Origin: Malacoraja senta
Lineage: Eukaryota
DNA: 64,000 bases
Direction of reading: 5' to 3'
Assembly (NCBI GenBank): GCA_038087875.1
Contig: CM075979.1
Location: forward strand, 85,498,001 to 85,562,000
Position 1 is the stretch's first letter. Each line of letters begins with the position of its first letter. The position numbers and the translations under genes were made by a program. The notes under the pieces were generated by a model, which saw nothing but the letters and a program-made list of their open reading frames with translations, had not been told where the DNA came from and did no database searches. This document shows, piece after piece, positions 13,836 through 25,729 of the stretch.

Positions 13836-14035
13836 NNNNNNNNNNNNNNNNNNNNNNNNNNNNNNNNNNNNNNNNNNNNNNNNNNNNNNNNNNNNNNNNN
13901 NNNNNNNNNNNNNNNNNNNNNNNNNNNNNNNNNNNNNNNNNNNNNNNNNNNNNNNNNNNNNNNNNNNNNNNNNNNNNNNNNNNNNNNNNNNNNNNNNNNN
14001 NNNNNNNNNNNNNNNNNNNNNNNNNNNNNNNNNNN
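13836..14035. other. Assembly gap (200 N)
   Basis: Run of N. Confidence 1.
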
Positions 14036-14089
14036 ATCGTTTAATATTTACTCAATTAACTGTTACCAGACAGTAATTTCAGAGATTTT

Positions 14090-14430
14090 GAATACTAATT
14101 TACTAGAGATAGTATTATTTGTGGAATCTGGGACTCGAGCCTAAGGGATAGTTACTGTGCAAGAGAGAGTTAACTCTAATAAAGTGCAGTCAGAAACGCA
14201 AAGCTGCCAAACTATCCAAAGCCAGGTTAAAAGTGCTGGATGGCCAACAGAAGGAAGTATGTGCAGTGAAGCATGAGACAAAAAACAGAACAGGACAAGT
14301 ACAGCCAAGGTCAGTTAGATGTTGCAAGTATTGTGGATGGCAATATAACTAACTGAAAAAACATCCTTCAAATGTGAATGAGAGCACATTGAGTAGATTG
14401 GAAAAGTATTTCTTCAAATAGTGCACAAAA
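14090..14430 (+). mobile_element. Decayed Gypsy (Mag-like) gag fragment
   Basis: Reads RDSIICGIWDSSLRD, then LLCKRELTL..KAAKLSKARLKVL..CKYCG across a frameshift; resembles the RDRIVCG..LRERLL..DLTLEKA..RAAE..CxxCG pattern of Mag-clade gag. Confidence 0.6.
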
Positions 14431-14599
14431 AAGAAGACATCTACACACAACCAAATTTAAGTGTGTTTTATACATACAGAGGAAAGGTTAGAGTATCATT
14501 TGAACACAATTTATTAGGGGCCATACAAGGCTAACTCAGTGAAAGGAACACCCACTGGATGTATTTATAAAAATGTCGGTTAAAGCGAAATAGTGACAA

Positions 14600-15845
14600 T
14601 TCAATTTGACTGGGAATAACCTGTAATTCTCCTGTAAATCAATCCAATAATTTTGAGCAATACAATTAAACTCTGTGTGCTTTGTGCTATACAGTAGATG
14701 TGCCACAAATTGCTACTAACTAAGCCAATTGGGAGATTTTCTTTTAAGGTGCTGAGCTCAAAGCTTGGGTGTGGCCAATTCAATATTTCTGTGTAGTATT
14801 TGGACATTTTTCCAAAGTGGTCTAAGCTCAGAGTCTGGTCATTGGTATGTTTCGGGGCATATCTTACTCTGTCACCTGAGCAGTTCTGTAGCTGTGACTA
14901 TCACTTAATGTGAAAATTGTGCTTTCGGTACCAACATCAGAATTTTCATCTGAATAAAACGCCTGAAGATGGGTCTCACCTAATCCATGTTCCCCAGAGA
15001 TGCTGCCTTACTCTAGCACTTTGTGGCCTTTTGTGTATTAACCAGCATCTGCAGTCCTTGTTTCTATATCAACCTTTTGTTTCAAGACCAGTACTCAATC
15101 ATATGACCACAGTGAAATAGCAAAAGTATCTTATCCCTGTATTCTTGAAGTTGCAATGATTGAAGTCATCAATTTTCGGCTCTGAGTGGTAATAGCTGCT
15201 AATGATCCCAAAAGATTTCTCGTGGTCATCATGCTTGATAATTTGATGCATCACTTACAAACCTCAATGTCCTTGTTATATTGTAGTGCACCAGAGATTT
15301 GCCACTCAGAACCGTTTCCAAAGATCATGTTTCTTGTTGTGCTTTGGTCCACTTCTATTTCCTAATCTTCTCTGAATTACTGCAGTGGTGTAAGTACTGT
15401 GGTAGAATTTAGTAAGAATGTGCAAGATAAACAATCTGTCTGTGTAAAAGGTACTAGAATTGTTTAAGTTTTACATTGTGGTGATGGAAATGCTCAAGAA
15501 ACTCAATAATATGTAGATTTTATTCTGCTTCAACTGTGATGCCTCAGTTACATAGTTGGTGGCCAAGACCCTGGATGATTGTGGCCATTTGTGAACTAAA
15601 AGATTTTCAGTAGGGGTGATTTTGTATTTCAACTCTGTGTAGGAATGTAGGCTCTTTACAGTGAGATACTGTTGATTCTTCTCATCCAATCTTGCTGTAC
15701 ATGTGTATAACAAACCCAGTCTCATGAAAATTTTGATTCCTGCCAACTCTGCCATAAATCATCAAATGTTTGCACTGGGATTTGTTGACCATTGACTGAT
15801 TGGGAATCTCTGTGTTTGCTGCTTAATCCGACTGCCTTGTCAATC
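14600..15845 (-). mobile_element. Decayed Gypsy pol (RT, RT-RNaseH linker, pre-integrase)
   Basis: Frameshifted motifs IPVQTFDDLW/AELAGIKIFMRLGL..LDEKNQQYLTV, KWTKAQQE and LVHYNITRTLRFVSDASNY, compared with Gypsy P-P--EDLFA-LAGGK-F-KLDL and LVHYDP-KPL-L--DAS-YG. Confidence 0.65.
14960..15066 (+). mobile_element. Internally deleted Penelope-derived arm inside the Gypsy relic
   Basis: CTGAAGATGGGTC...CCAGAGATGCTGCC...CCAGCATCTGCAGTCCTTGTTTCTA. Confidence 0.7.
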
Positions 15846-15847
15846 TT

Positions 15848-15948
15848 CAGTTTAGTTTATTATTATTGTCACATGTACTGAGGTACAGTGAAAACATTTA
15901 GTTGTGTGCTATCCAGTCAAAGAAAAGACTATACATGTTTAAAATCAA
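15848..15948 (-). mobile_element. LINE 3' terminus (Rex1/Babar-like, family uncertain)
   Basis: TTTATTATTGTCACATGTACTGAGGTACAGTGAAAA is the reverse complement of the 29690-29735 terminus; also seen at 38905-38980. Confidence 0.6.
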
Positions 15949-16249
15949 CAGCATTCAGAGTTTTTGCTGTTCTTTAACATGATTCAACTGAGTGTATTAT
16001 CAGCCAAAAAAAATGTCATTGCTTCCATGAATGACTTACATACTGCATTGAACACCCCAAGGCTGCTAAATGTGAACTGTCTGCACTGAGCCATCATTTT
16101 GCCCTTTTCAATAGTTGGAGTGCTTCCATGTACATTTAAATGCAGCCTACTTGTCTTTTTATTATATTACTATTTATTTGCCTTCCCCTTTCTTTTATTG
16201 ATTTGGGGTGTCTGTGCAAATATACCAACTAACTTTACACCCAGAACAC

Positions 16250-16620
16250 TAGAGGTGAGGGGGAGACCTGGTAGAAATATAAGAGGCATAGATAGGACGG
16301 AGTTAAAAAGCTATATCCCAGGATGGAAATATCAAATACTAGAGGGCATAAGGTTAAGGTGAGAGGGACAAAGTTTAATGGAGATGTGGTAGGGCAAGTT
16401 TTTTTACACACAGATGGTGCGTGCCTGGAATGCGCTGCCAGGAGTGGCAGCGGAGACAGATACAATAGTGGTATTTAACGGACTATTGGATAGGCGCAAG
16501 GATACGCAGGAATGGTAGGGATATGGATTACGTGCAGCCAGATAAGAGTTAGTGCCGACGACATGTTCAGCACAGACATTGCGGGCCAGGGAACCTGTGA
16601 CTGTGCTGTACTGTTCCATG
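16250..16620 (+). mobile_element. CR1 3' end (older subfamily)
   Basis: TRGHKVKVRG..FFTQ..WNALP-like frame and a GTGCTGTACTGTTCCATG end. Confidence 0.8.
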
Positions 16621-17088
16621 AAACAATCAAGCCTTTGGCTAAACCAAACTCTGATTACTTATGGCACTAATGAGAGAAATATATAAAACTCCTTGGAAGT
16701 ACATGAAACAGAATGACTGGTAAGGAGCTTTGCAGCTGGCTGGCCTGGATTGATGAGTGGCTATATAGTCCAGTGAGCAGGGGATACTGACTTGGTTAGG
16801 CTATCTAACCCAAAGGGTTGGAATGAGCACAACCAAACAACCCCAATGGGATAAGACTCAGGTGTCAGAGGGCAGCACATGAGTTATGCTGGTTGGTATG
16901 ACTAAATACTGGGGTACAGAACATTGGAGGGCTATTCATAGATACATAGAAAATGGTTCCAGGAGTAGGCCATTCAGCCCTTCGAGCTTATCAAATAACC
17001 CTTCACCTGTGTTGGCCGTTTACCTGCCATGCTTTGCCTTGCCCTTCCTCTCTTCCAACTTTCTCCCCCCCTCCCCCCTCCACACAAT

Positions 17089-19488
17089 CATAGATACATA
17101 GAAAATAGGTGCAGAGTAGGCCATTTGGCCCTTCGAGCCTGCACCGCCATTCAATATGATCATGGCTGATCATCCAACTCAGTATCCCGTACCTGCCTTC
17201 TCTCCATACCCCCTGATCCCTTTAGCCACAAGGGCCACATCTAACTCCCTCTTAAATATAGCCAATGGAACTGGCCTCAACTACCCTCTGTGGCAGAGAG
17301 TTCCAGAGATTCACAGTCTTGTGAAAAGTTTTTCCTCATCTCGGTCTTAAAGGATTCTCCCCCTTATCCTTAAGCTGTGCCCCTTGTCCTGGACTTCCCC
17401 AACATCGGGAACAATCTTCCTGCATCTAGCCTGTCCAACCCCATAAGAATTTTGTACGTTTCTATAAGATCCCCTCTCAATCTCCTAAATTCTAGCGGTA
17501 TAAGCCAAGTCTATCCAGTCTTTCTTCATATGAAAGTCCTGACATCCCAGGAATCAGTCTGTGAACCTTCTCTGCTCTCCCTCTATGGCTATAATGTCCT
17601 TCCTCAGATTTGGAGACCAAACTGTACGCAATACTCCAGGGTGGTCTCACCAAGACCCTGTACAACTGCAGTAGAACCTCCCTGCTCCTATACTCAAATC
17701 CTTTCGCTAATGAAAGCTAACATACCATTCGCCTTTCTTCACTGCCTGCTGCACCTGCATGCCTACTTTCAATGACTGGTGTACCATGACACCCAGGTCT
17801 CGCTGCATCTCCCCATTTCCTAATCGGCCACCATTTAGATAATAGTCTGCTTTCCTGTTTTTGCCACCAAAGTGGATAACCTCACATTTTATCCACATTA
17901 TACTGCATCTGCCAAACATTTGCCCACTCACCCAGCCTATCCAAGTCACCTTGCAGTCTCCTAGCATCCTCCTCACAGCTAACACTGCCCCCAGCTTAGT
18001 GTCATCCGCAAACTTGGAGATGTTGCCTTCAATTCCCTCATCCAGTTCATTAATATAAATTGTAAATAGCTGGGGTCCCAGCACTGAGCCTTGCGGTACC
18101 CCACTAGTCACTGCCTGCCATTGTGAAAAGGACCCGTTTACTCCTACTCTTTGCTTCCTGTTTGCCAGCCAGTTCTCTATCCACATCAATACTGAACCCC
18201 CAATACCGTGTGCTTTAAGTTTGTATACTAATCTCTTATGTGGTACCTTGTTGAAAGCCTTCTGAAAGTCCAGATATAACACATCCACTGGTTCTCCCCT
18301 ATCCACTCGACTAGTTACATCCTCGAAAGATTCTATAAGATTCGTCAGACATGATTTACCTTTCGTAAATCCATGCTGACTTTGTCCAATGATTTCACCA
18401 CTTTCCAAATGTGCTGCTATCCCATCTTTAATAACTGACTCTAGCAGTTTCCCCACTACCGATGTTAGACTAACTGGTCTGTAATTCCCCGTTTTCTCTC
18501 TCCCTCCCTTCTTTAAAAGTGGGGTCACGTTTGCTACCCTCCAATCCTCAGGAACTACTCCAGAATCTAAAGAGTTTTGAAAAATTATCACTAATGCATC
18601 CACTATTTCTGGAGCTACTTCCTTAAGTACTCTGGGATGCAGCCTATCTGGCCCTGGTGATTTATCGGCCTTTAATCCATTCAATTTACCCAACACCACT
18701 TCCCGACTAACCTGGATTTCACTCAGTTCCTCCATCTCCTTTGACCCGCGGCCCCCTGCTATTTCCGGCAGATTATTTATGTCTTCCTTAGTGAAGACGG
18801 AACCAAAGTAGTTATTCAATTGGTCCGCCATATCCTTGTTCCCCATGATCAATTCACCTGTTTCTGACTGCAAGGGACCTACATTTGTTTTAACTAATCT
18901 CTTTCTCTTCACATATCTATAACAACTTTTGCAGTCAGTTTTTATGTTCCCTGACAGTTTTCTTTCATAATCTATTTTCCCTTTCCTAATTAAGCCCTTT
19001 GTCCTCCTCTGCTGGTCTCTGAATTTCTCCCAGTCCTCTGGTATGCTGCTTTTTCTGGCTAATTTGTACGCATCATCTTTTGCTTTGATACTATCCCTGA
19101 TTTCCCTTGTTATCCACGGATGCACTACCTTCCCTGATTTATTCTTTTGCCAAACTGGGATGAACAATTTTTGTAGTTCATCCATGCAGTCTTTAAATGC
19201 CTTCCATTGCATATCCACCGTCAACCCTTTTAGAACTAATTGCCAGTCAATCTTGGCCAATTCACGTCTCATACCCTCAAAGTTACCTTTCTTTAAGTTC
19301 AGAACCGTTGTTTCTGAATTAACAATGTCACTCTCCATCCTAATGAAGAACTCAACCATATTATGGTCACTCTTGCCCAAGGGGGCACGCACAACAAGAC
19401 TGCTAACTAACCCTTCCTCATTACTCAATACCCAGTCTAGAATAACCTGCTCTCTCGTTGGTTCCTCTACATGTTGGTTCCTCTACAT
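17089..19488 (-). mobile_element. Young 5'-truncated CR1 LINE
   Basis: 3' tail (CATAGATA)n at 17089; ORF2 stop at 17179-17181; 16-bp tandem duplication GTTGGTTCCTCTACAT at the 5' truncation (19457-19488). Confidence 0.95.
17179..19470 (-). pseudogene. CR1 ORF2: end of APE endonuclease plus reverse transcriptase
   Basis: PLGKSDHNMV (APE end), NYRPVSLTS, QHGF, YLDFQKAF, SGVPQGSVLGP, KFADD; open down to about 17990, then several 1-nt indels. Confidence 0.92.
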
Positions 19489-19745
19489 ATTCACATAGAC
19501 TGCAGATCTATTGAGGATATTACATCAGGTCATTTCACAAGACTTGGTGACTGTTTAAAAAATGCAATTGTTGTCACCAATACAGAACAACATTCAAACT
19601 TGGTGTCAAGTTTAAACCAGCGAAAAAACACAACTTCTCTGCTTTTGCCACATTGTCAAGAGGTTTGCAAGACTCAAACTAAGCATACAGCTTGGACACC
19701 AGTTACCAAAATTCTACTCTATGCTTCAGAGATTTGAAATATCTA

Positions 19746-21377
19746 CAGTGCCCTCCATAATGTTTGGGACAAGGACCCATTGTTTATTTATTTGCCTCTG
19801 TACTCCACAATTTGAGATTTAGAATAGTAAAAAATCACATGTGGTTAAAGTGCACATTGTCAGATTTTAATAAAGGCCATTTTTATACATTTTGGTTTCG
19901 CCATGTAGAAATTACAGCAGTGTTTATACATAATCCCCCCATTTCAGGGCACCATAATGTTTGGGACACAGCAATGTCATGTAAATTAAAGTAGTCATGC
20001 TTAATATTTTGTTGCATATCCTTTGCATGCAATGACTGCTTGAAGTCTGCGATTCATGGACATCACCAGTTGCTGGGTGTCTTCTCTGGTGATGCTCTGC
20101 CAGGCCTGTATTGCAGACTTCTTTAGCTTATGCTTGTTTTGGGGGCTAGTCCCCTTCAGTTTTCTCTTCAGCATATAAAAGGCATGCTCTATTGTGTTCA
20201 GATCGGGTGATTGACTTGGCCACTCAAGAAATGACAATTTTTTAGCTTTGAAAAACTCCTTTGTTGCTTTAACATTATGTTTGGGATCATTGTCTTGCTG
20301 TAGAATGAACCGCCGGCCAATGAGTTTTGAGGATATTTGTTTGAACTTGAGCAGATAGGATGTGTCTATACACTTCAGAATTAATTATGCTACTACCATC
20401 AGCAGTTGAATCATCAATGAAGATAAGTGAGCCAGTACCTTCAGCAGCCATACATGCCCAGGCCATAACACCCCCACCACTGTGTTTCACAGATGAGGTG
20501 GTATGCTTTGGATCTTGGGCAGTTCCTTCTCTCCTCCATACTTTGTGTTGCCATCACTCTGATAGAAGTTAATCTGCATCTCATCTGTCCACAAGACCTT
20601 TTTTCCAGACTGTGATTGCTCTTTTAAGTACTTCTTGGCAAACTGTACCCGACTATCATATTTTTGCGGCTAACCAGTGGTTTGCATCTTGCAGTGTAGC
20701 CTCTGTATTTCTGTTCATGACGTCTTCTGCGGACCGTGGTCATTGACAAATCCACACCTGAATAGTGTTTCTGATCTGCCGGACAGGTGTTTGGGTTTTT
20801 TTCTTTATTATAGAGAGAATTCTTCTGTCATCAGTTGTGGAGGTCTTCCTTCGCCTGCCAGTCCCTTTGCGATTCGTAAGCTCACCAGTGCTCTCTTTCT
20901 TCTTAATGTGTTCCAAACAGTTGATTTTGGTAAGCCTAAGGTTTGGCTGATGTCTCTAACAATTTTACTCTTATTTCTCAGTCTCATAATGGCTTCTTTG
21001 ACACAACTTTGGTCCTCATGTTGATAAACAGCAATAAAAGTTTCCAAAGGTGATGGAAAGACTGGAGGAAAGACTAGGTGCTGAGAGCTCCCTTATACTT
21101 GCATTAAGGAGGCAATTATTACACATCTGAGCAATTACAAACATCTGTGAAGCCATGTGTCCCAAACATTATGGTGCCCTGAAATGGGTGGACGATGTAT
21201 AAACACAACTGTAATTTCTACATGGTGAAACCAAAATGTAGAAAAATGGCCTTTATTAAAATCTGACAATGTGCACTTTAACCACGTGATTTTTTCTATT
21301 ACAAATCTCAAATTGTGGAGTTCAGAGGCAAATAAATAAATAATGGGTCTTTGTCCCAATCATTATGGAGGAAGCTG
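19746..21377 (-). mobile_element. Full-length Tc1/mariner transposon, IR/DR type, 1632 bp
   Basis: TA flanks at 19744-19745 and 21378-21379; TIRs of about 222-225 bp (19746-19970, 21156-21377), each with two CCATAATGTTTGGGACA-type direct repeats. Confidence 0.96.
20001..21019 (-). pseudogene. Tc1 DD34E-type transposase, frameshifted
   Basis: MRTK..VKEAIMRL..RDISQTLGLPKSTVW (HTH), KHSGGGVMAWACM, LEWPSQSPDLNTIEH, RRLQAVIACKGYATKY*. Confidence 0.93.
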
Positions 21378-23359
21378 TATAGCAGTCACTGGAGGTACCG
21401 ACACCACCACTTTAAAATCATCCAAACCGATTTACAGAGAAGTGAACCAAAATTCAGCATTCTCTCCCAAGCTAACAGGCTCACATCAGAGCTCTCAATA
21501 ACCTGGGAGGCCACAACAACTATGTGCCTTTCAATACAACCTTTCGCACCTCCCCCCACCCCCTGCCCCCACCCAAAAGATCATTCAAGCAAGACATACT
21601 AAGAAAGACAGAAAATGTGAAAGAAAATACATTTAAAAAGATCATTTCATACAACTTTATTATCAAAGCCCCATTTAAAAAAAAGTTGCAATATCCAAAC
21701 CAATTCATTGGAGTCCCTGAACACTCGTAGGAGCATTCAGAAAAAAACACCAAGCACCTATTCAGAAGGAGTCTCTTCAATGAGTAATGGAGGGCAAGCA
21801 GATATGTCTGAAGAAGCTTATTAGTCTCACACAACCTTATCCCATCAGGCACCTTATGCCCCACCAGTGGAAGAGTCCATTGGTACCACATAGGCATTAT
21901 TACCCACATCAGAGCCCACACAACCAAAGTGAAACAAATCCCCCTTGACTCCAAGGAATTGTCTAATAAGAGTTGGACTGACATGCTAGAAACAAGAATG
22001 GGCAAACCCACTGAATGTATTGGTTGAAGATTGAAATGTTTTATGCTTCCAGTCCTGCAATGATTAGTTTTTGTATTACGCTGCTCTTCTAATGATATAC
22101 GTTTAAGGATTCTGACTTATTACATGTATCAATAATAAGTCTCACACTGAAAATATCAACATGAACCAAATTAAATATCCCAACACATTAAATGTAACAG
22201 CTAAATCATACTATGCCAAGAACAATCAACCACACCCAAACATTAACACCACAGACTTGCAGGATAGAAAAATCAACAAATTATGCATGTATGACTTTGC
22301 AATTAATTAACTATCCAAGAAAACTCTCTCTGCTATGCTTGGAGACCAAACACCAATGATAAATATGCAGAGTTCATTCTGGGTCTTGTTTAATCATTGA
22401 CAAAGAGTTTATTTAGTCAAAATCTGGTTGCAGTTTGCTGAACTGAGCAAACAAAAATCCAAACACAACTTGGGTGATCAGGCTTAGTAGAAACATTACC
22501 AAGATTCACAGTTCACCTATGAATATACAGTACATGTCAACCTAGAAAACAAGCAATAGCTGACAACTCAATGGTGATCCTGACCATAAGCCTCCAAAAG
22601 GAAAAAAAGTAGTCACAGGAGCTTTGCAGTTTCAACTGTGAAATGCACACTATTCCTCATTTAAATTGGATAAATAAATATAAGTATTTGGAAGACAGGT
22701 GAAGAAATATCAATGTTGGAGATATAATATTTATTTTTGTTGGGTCCAGATGATGCAAGTGAAGGATCAAGTTAAATTAATCTGGATGGAAAGTATTAGG
22801 ACTCCTTTCTTCATATGCCAAAAGCCAGAATTCAGTGGTTATAGTCACAATTTCAATATATTGGCCCCTTCTGAGAATGGAATGGTTCCAAGTAGCAACA
22901 CAATTCAGGTAGAATAGTGTTGGTGGGAGAGTGTCCTGGGACACATAATCTGCTCGATGCCAAAACATTGAGTCATTATAAATGGTTTACGATGATTGGC
23001 TGCCACTTGTAAATCACTTATAAATGTTCGGGGGTCAGAGGATCTGTAGAGGCACACCTTATTTGTTCTAGAATTTAATACGCTAACTGTATATTAAAAA
23101 CTCAGTTGTGTGCTTCTACGCTGTAACTCGAGTGGTCTCAATTTAGAATGACATACATTGAAGGGAATATAATACAAAGCACTATTGCCTTGGAGTTATA
23201 TTTAATCTGGGTTTTAATATATTTTTGCCCTTCTTTTCATAGATGCTTTACAATTTTAGGCACTTGACAAACTAAAGGCCAATAAATGAAAGGTAGCAGG
23301 GATTGAATTAATACGGTCAAGTTCTCCGAAGAAGTAATGGAGAGTTGATTTGGGTAGTA

Positions 23360-23548
23360 AAAAGGAACTGCAGATGCTGGTTTATACCAAAGATAGACAC
23401 AAAATGGTGGAGTAACTCAGCGGGTCAGGCAGCATCATGGCTAGACGACATTTCGGGTTGTGTCTGAAGAAGAGTCCCTACTGAAATGTCACTTATCCAT
23501 GTTCTCCAGAGATGCTGCCGGACTCGCTGAGCTTTGTGTCTATCTTTA
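23360..23548. mobile_element. Penelope-derived fold-back palindrome (decayed)
   Basis: AAAGATAGACACAAA...CTCAGCG versus CGCTGAG..TTTGTGTCTATCTTT; central GTCTGAAGAAG. Confidence 0.8.
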
Positions 23549-23689
23549 GTGTAGTTCATCCAGTATGAATCTTCCAAAGGAATTTGATAAGTAGCACAAT
23601 ATAGTTTTGGCAGCAACATTAATGCATGAAGAATAAGAAGAAATTACAATATGAACAGAAGATTGATTAAGGTACCAACATTAATGATA

Positions 23690-24400
23690 ACATTTTCTCA
23701 TATTGATGGAAGATTTCGAAGGACGTCCTCCAGGAGTTAGTAATGGGACCATGATTGTTTTTGAGGTGTAATGATGAACTGGTCTTTGATAAACAGTGCA
23801 AAATTTACAGATGAAAATTGCAAAAATGGTATTAACGATGAGGAAAACAGCATAAGTGCCATAAGGATAGCAACAAACTGCAAAATGGACAAGTTCATGG
23901 CAGATGGACTTACATGCAGGAAAATGAAAGGTGATACTTTTTGGTAGGAAGAATGAATACAAATTAAATGAACTGTTCAAATTATGGGCACTAAACATTT
24001 GTAATGGTACCATGGATTTAGTTAAACAGTGGGAATAGAGAAGCTAAGATTGTTTTCCATAGGACAGAGAAGATAAAGTGAAGATTTTGTATGTGTTTAA
24101 AAATCATGGAAAATTTTATGACACATAAAGATAAACAGTTTCCTGCAGCAGAAAGGCAAGTCGTCGTGATAAATACAAAATCAGAAGCCGTATGATGAGT
24201 CTTGTTTACACTGAGTAGTGGTGATCTGCAATGCTGGGTGTGAAAGGGTGGTGAAGGCTTTCAAAAGAAAATTGTGTAAATACTTGAATGGAAAAGTGCA
24301 CAGGTTATATAGGGCAAAAAAAAAAAGAGACCCTATGCAGCAGAATCACAAATAATAATGGGATAAAAAGGTCTCTTTCTGCAATGCATGATTTCAAGGA
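23690..24400 (+). mobile_element. Decayed CR1 RT and 3' end
   Basis: PPGVSNGT and AKFTDE (KFADD remnant), plus a KVILFGRKN-like motif. Confidence 0.65.
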
Positions 24401-25368
24401 TAGAACATAAAATCACACAAATTGTGGGTGTTGACTAAAGAACTTTCATATTAATCATAGACACATTAAGGGAGAAACTAAAAGTATTCAGTATATTGCT
24501 AAAGTAGATCCACTTGGACAAATGTATATGTGAAATAGATTCACACACACTTATACATACAGATCTTATTTCAATTTAAATGTTGAAAATTTAAAAATTG
24601 CAACTAAAATCTCCAAGTGACCACTTCTAAATCAGAATTGTCAGCTTTGAAAGCAAATCTCTGTCCACTTCATTGTTCAGAACTGCCATAGTAAATGTGT
24701 TTTGACTTAAATAAATCAATTGGGACATTGCAGGTTAAATATTATGGAGCACTGAGTCCCACGAGCCATACTATACGTAAACAGCAAGCTGGGCTGTAAA
24801 TCAACTTAAATACATAATCAGGCCAAATTTATGCACCTGACAAGCAGTTCATTAAACACCAAGGATATCCATGATAGCTGCAAAGGCACAAGCATAGATG
24901 TTATCATTTAATGTACCGGCACTAATAAAAGTGGTAATTAGCACGTTAATAACAAAATGGCACTTCAATCAGTTGCAGTAATTTTGGGTGCCTATGACTC
25001 TTCATCTTCATCAATGTGATTTAAATGAAGATACTTTATAGAATGCAGAAAAAGGGTATATTCTCAACAAAGACCTTGAAATAAAAAGTATCAGAAGAGC
25101 TTGATAATATGCACAATACTTTGTCACAACTGACAGTGTTAATATCAAATTACACTTAGTTGACAGCACACAATTAGCACTGAGAATTTCACACCAAGCC
25201 TTTTTACTTATTTTGTAATGATCAAAATGACTTTAAAACAATAAAATGACGAGGTGATAAACAAAGTGCAGATGTTGAACATTTCTTGATTCAATATTCC
25301 TTACAACCATTGCACTATTAAACACTACAACCACCAAATAAGTTCCGAACTACATAGACTTGGGGACA

Positions 25369-25397
25369 TTATTTATATATATATATATATATATATA
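25369..25397. repeat. (TA)n microsatellite
   Basis: Direct reading. Confidence 0.9.
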
Positions 25398-25465
25398 TCT
25401 GTTGTGCTGCTACATGTACATTATTCCGTTTTGGGACATATGACAATAAAACACTCTTGACTATT

Positions 25466-25568
25466 GAGTAGGTAAACTCCACACAGATTGCACCCGAGGT
25501 CAGGATCAAACTAGGGTCTCTGGTGCTGCGAGACAGCAGCTCTACCAGCTGCACCACAGTGCCACCCA
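25466..25568 (-). mobile_element. tRNA-derived V-SINE (HE1-like) 5' head
   Basis: Reverse complement shows A box TGGTGCAGCTGG, B-box-like AGTTTGATCC and the V-domain start CTGTGTGGAGTTT. Confidence 0.75.
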
Positions 25569-25729
25569 TATTGTATGTGCAATACAATGTATTTCCTTCT
25601 CCATTATACTCTAATAAAAACAGTGTGGCAGAAAGGTATTTCATTTATGGAATGAATGGCACTGCTGTGGAAACAAGGAAGTGGGGATCTGACCCAAAAC
25701 TTCACTATCCATGTTTTCCAGGGATGACC

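Larger units (their letters stand above)
19560..21975 (+). mobile_element. Decayed RTE (BovB-like) LINE 3' part, interrupted by Tc1
   Basis: KILLYASEI*NIY joins SSHWR..HFKIIQ..SILSQAN across the Tc1 TA; terminal knuckle CPTSGRVHWYHIGIITHIRAH at about 21855-21920. Confidence 0.7.

Noticed and set aside
14721-14891. Apparent host exon LQNCSGDRVRYAPKHTNDQTLSLDHFGK.. on the minus strand
   Set aside because: Collinear with frameshifted Gypsy pol motifs upstream; better explained as a retrotransposon relic
17156-19498. Plus-strand ORFs (132 aa, 151 aa and others)
   Set aside because: Antisense shadows of the CR1 ORF2
25466-25568. tRNA gene
   Set aside because: A/B boxes run directly into a V-SINE core with no acceptor stem; it is a SINE head
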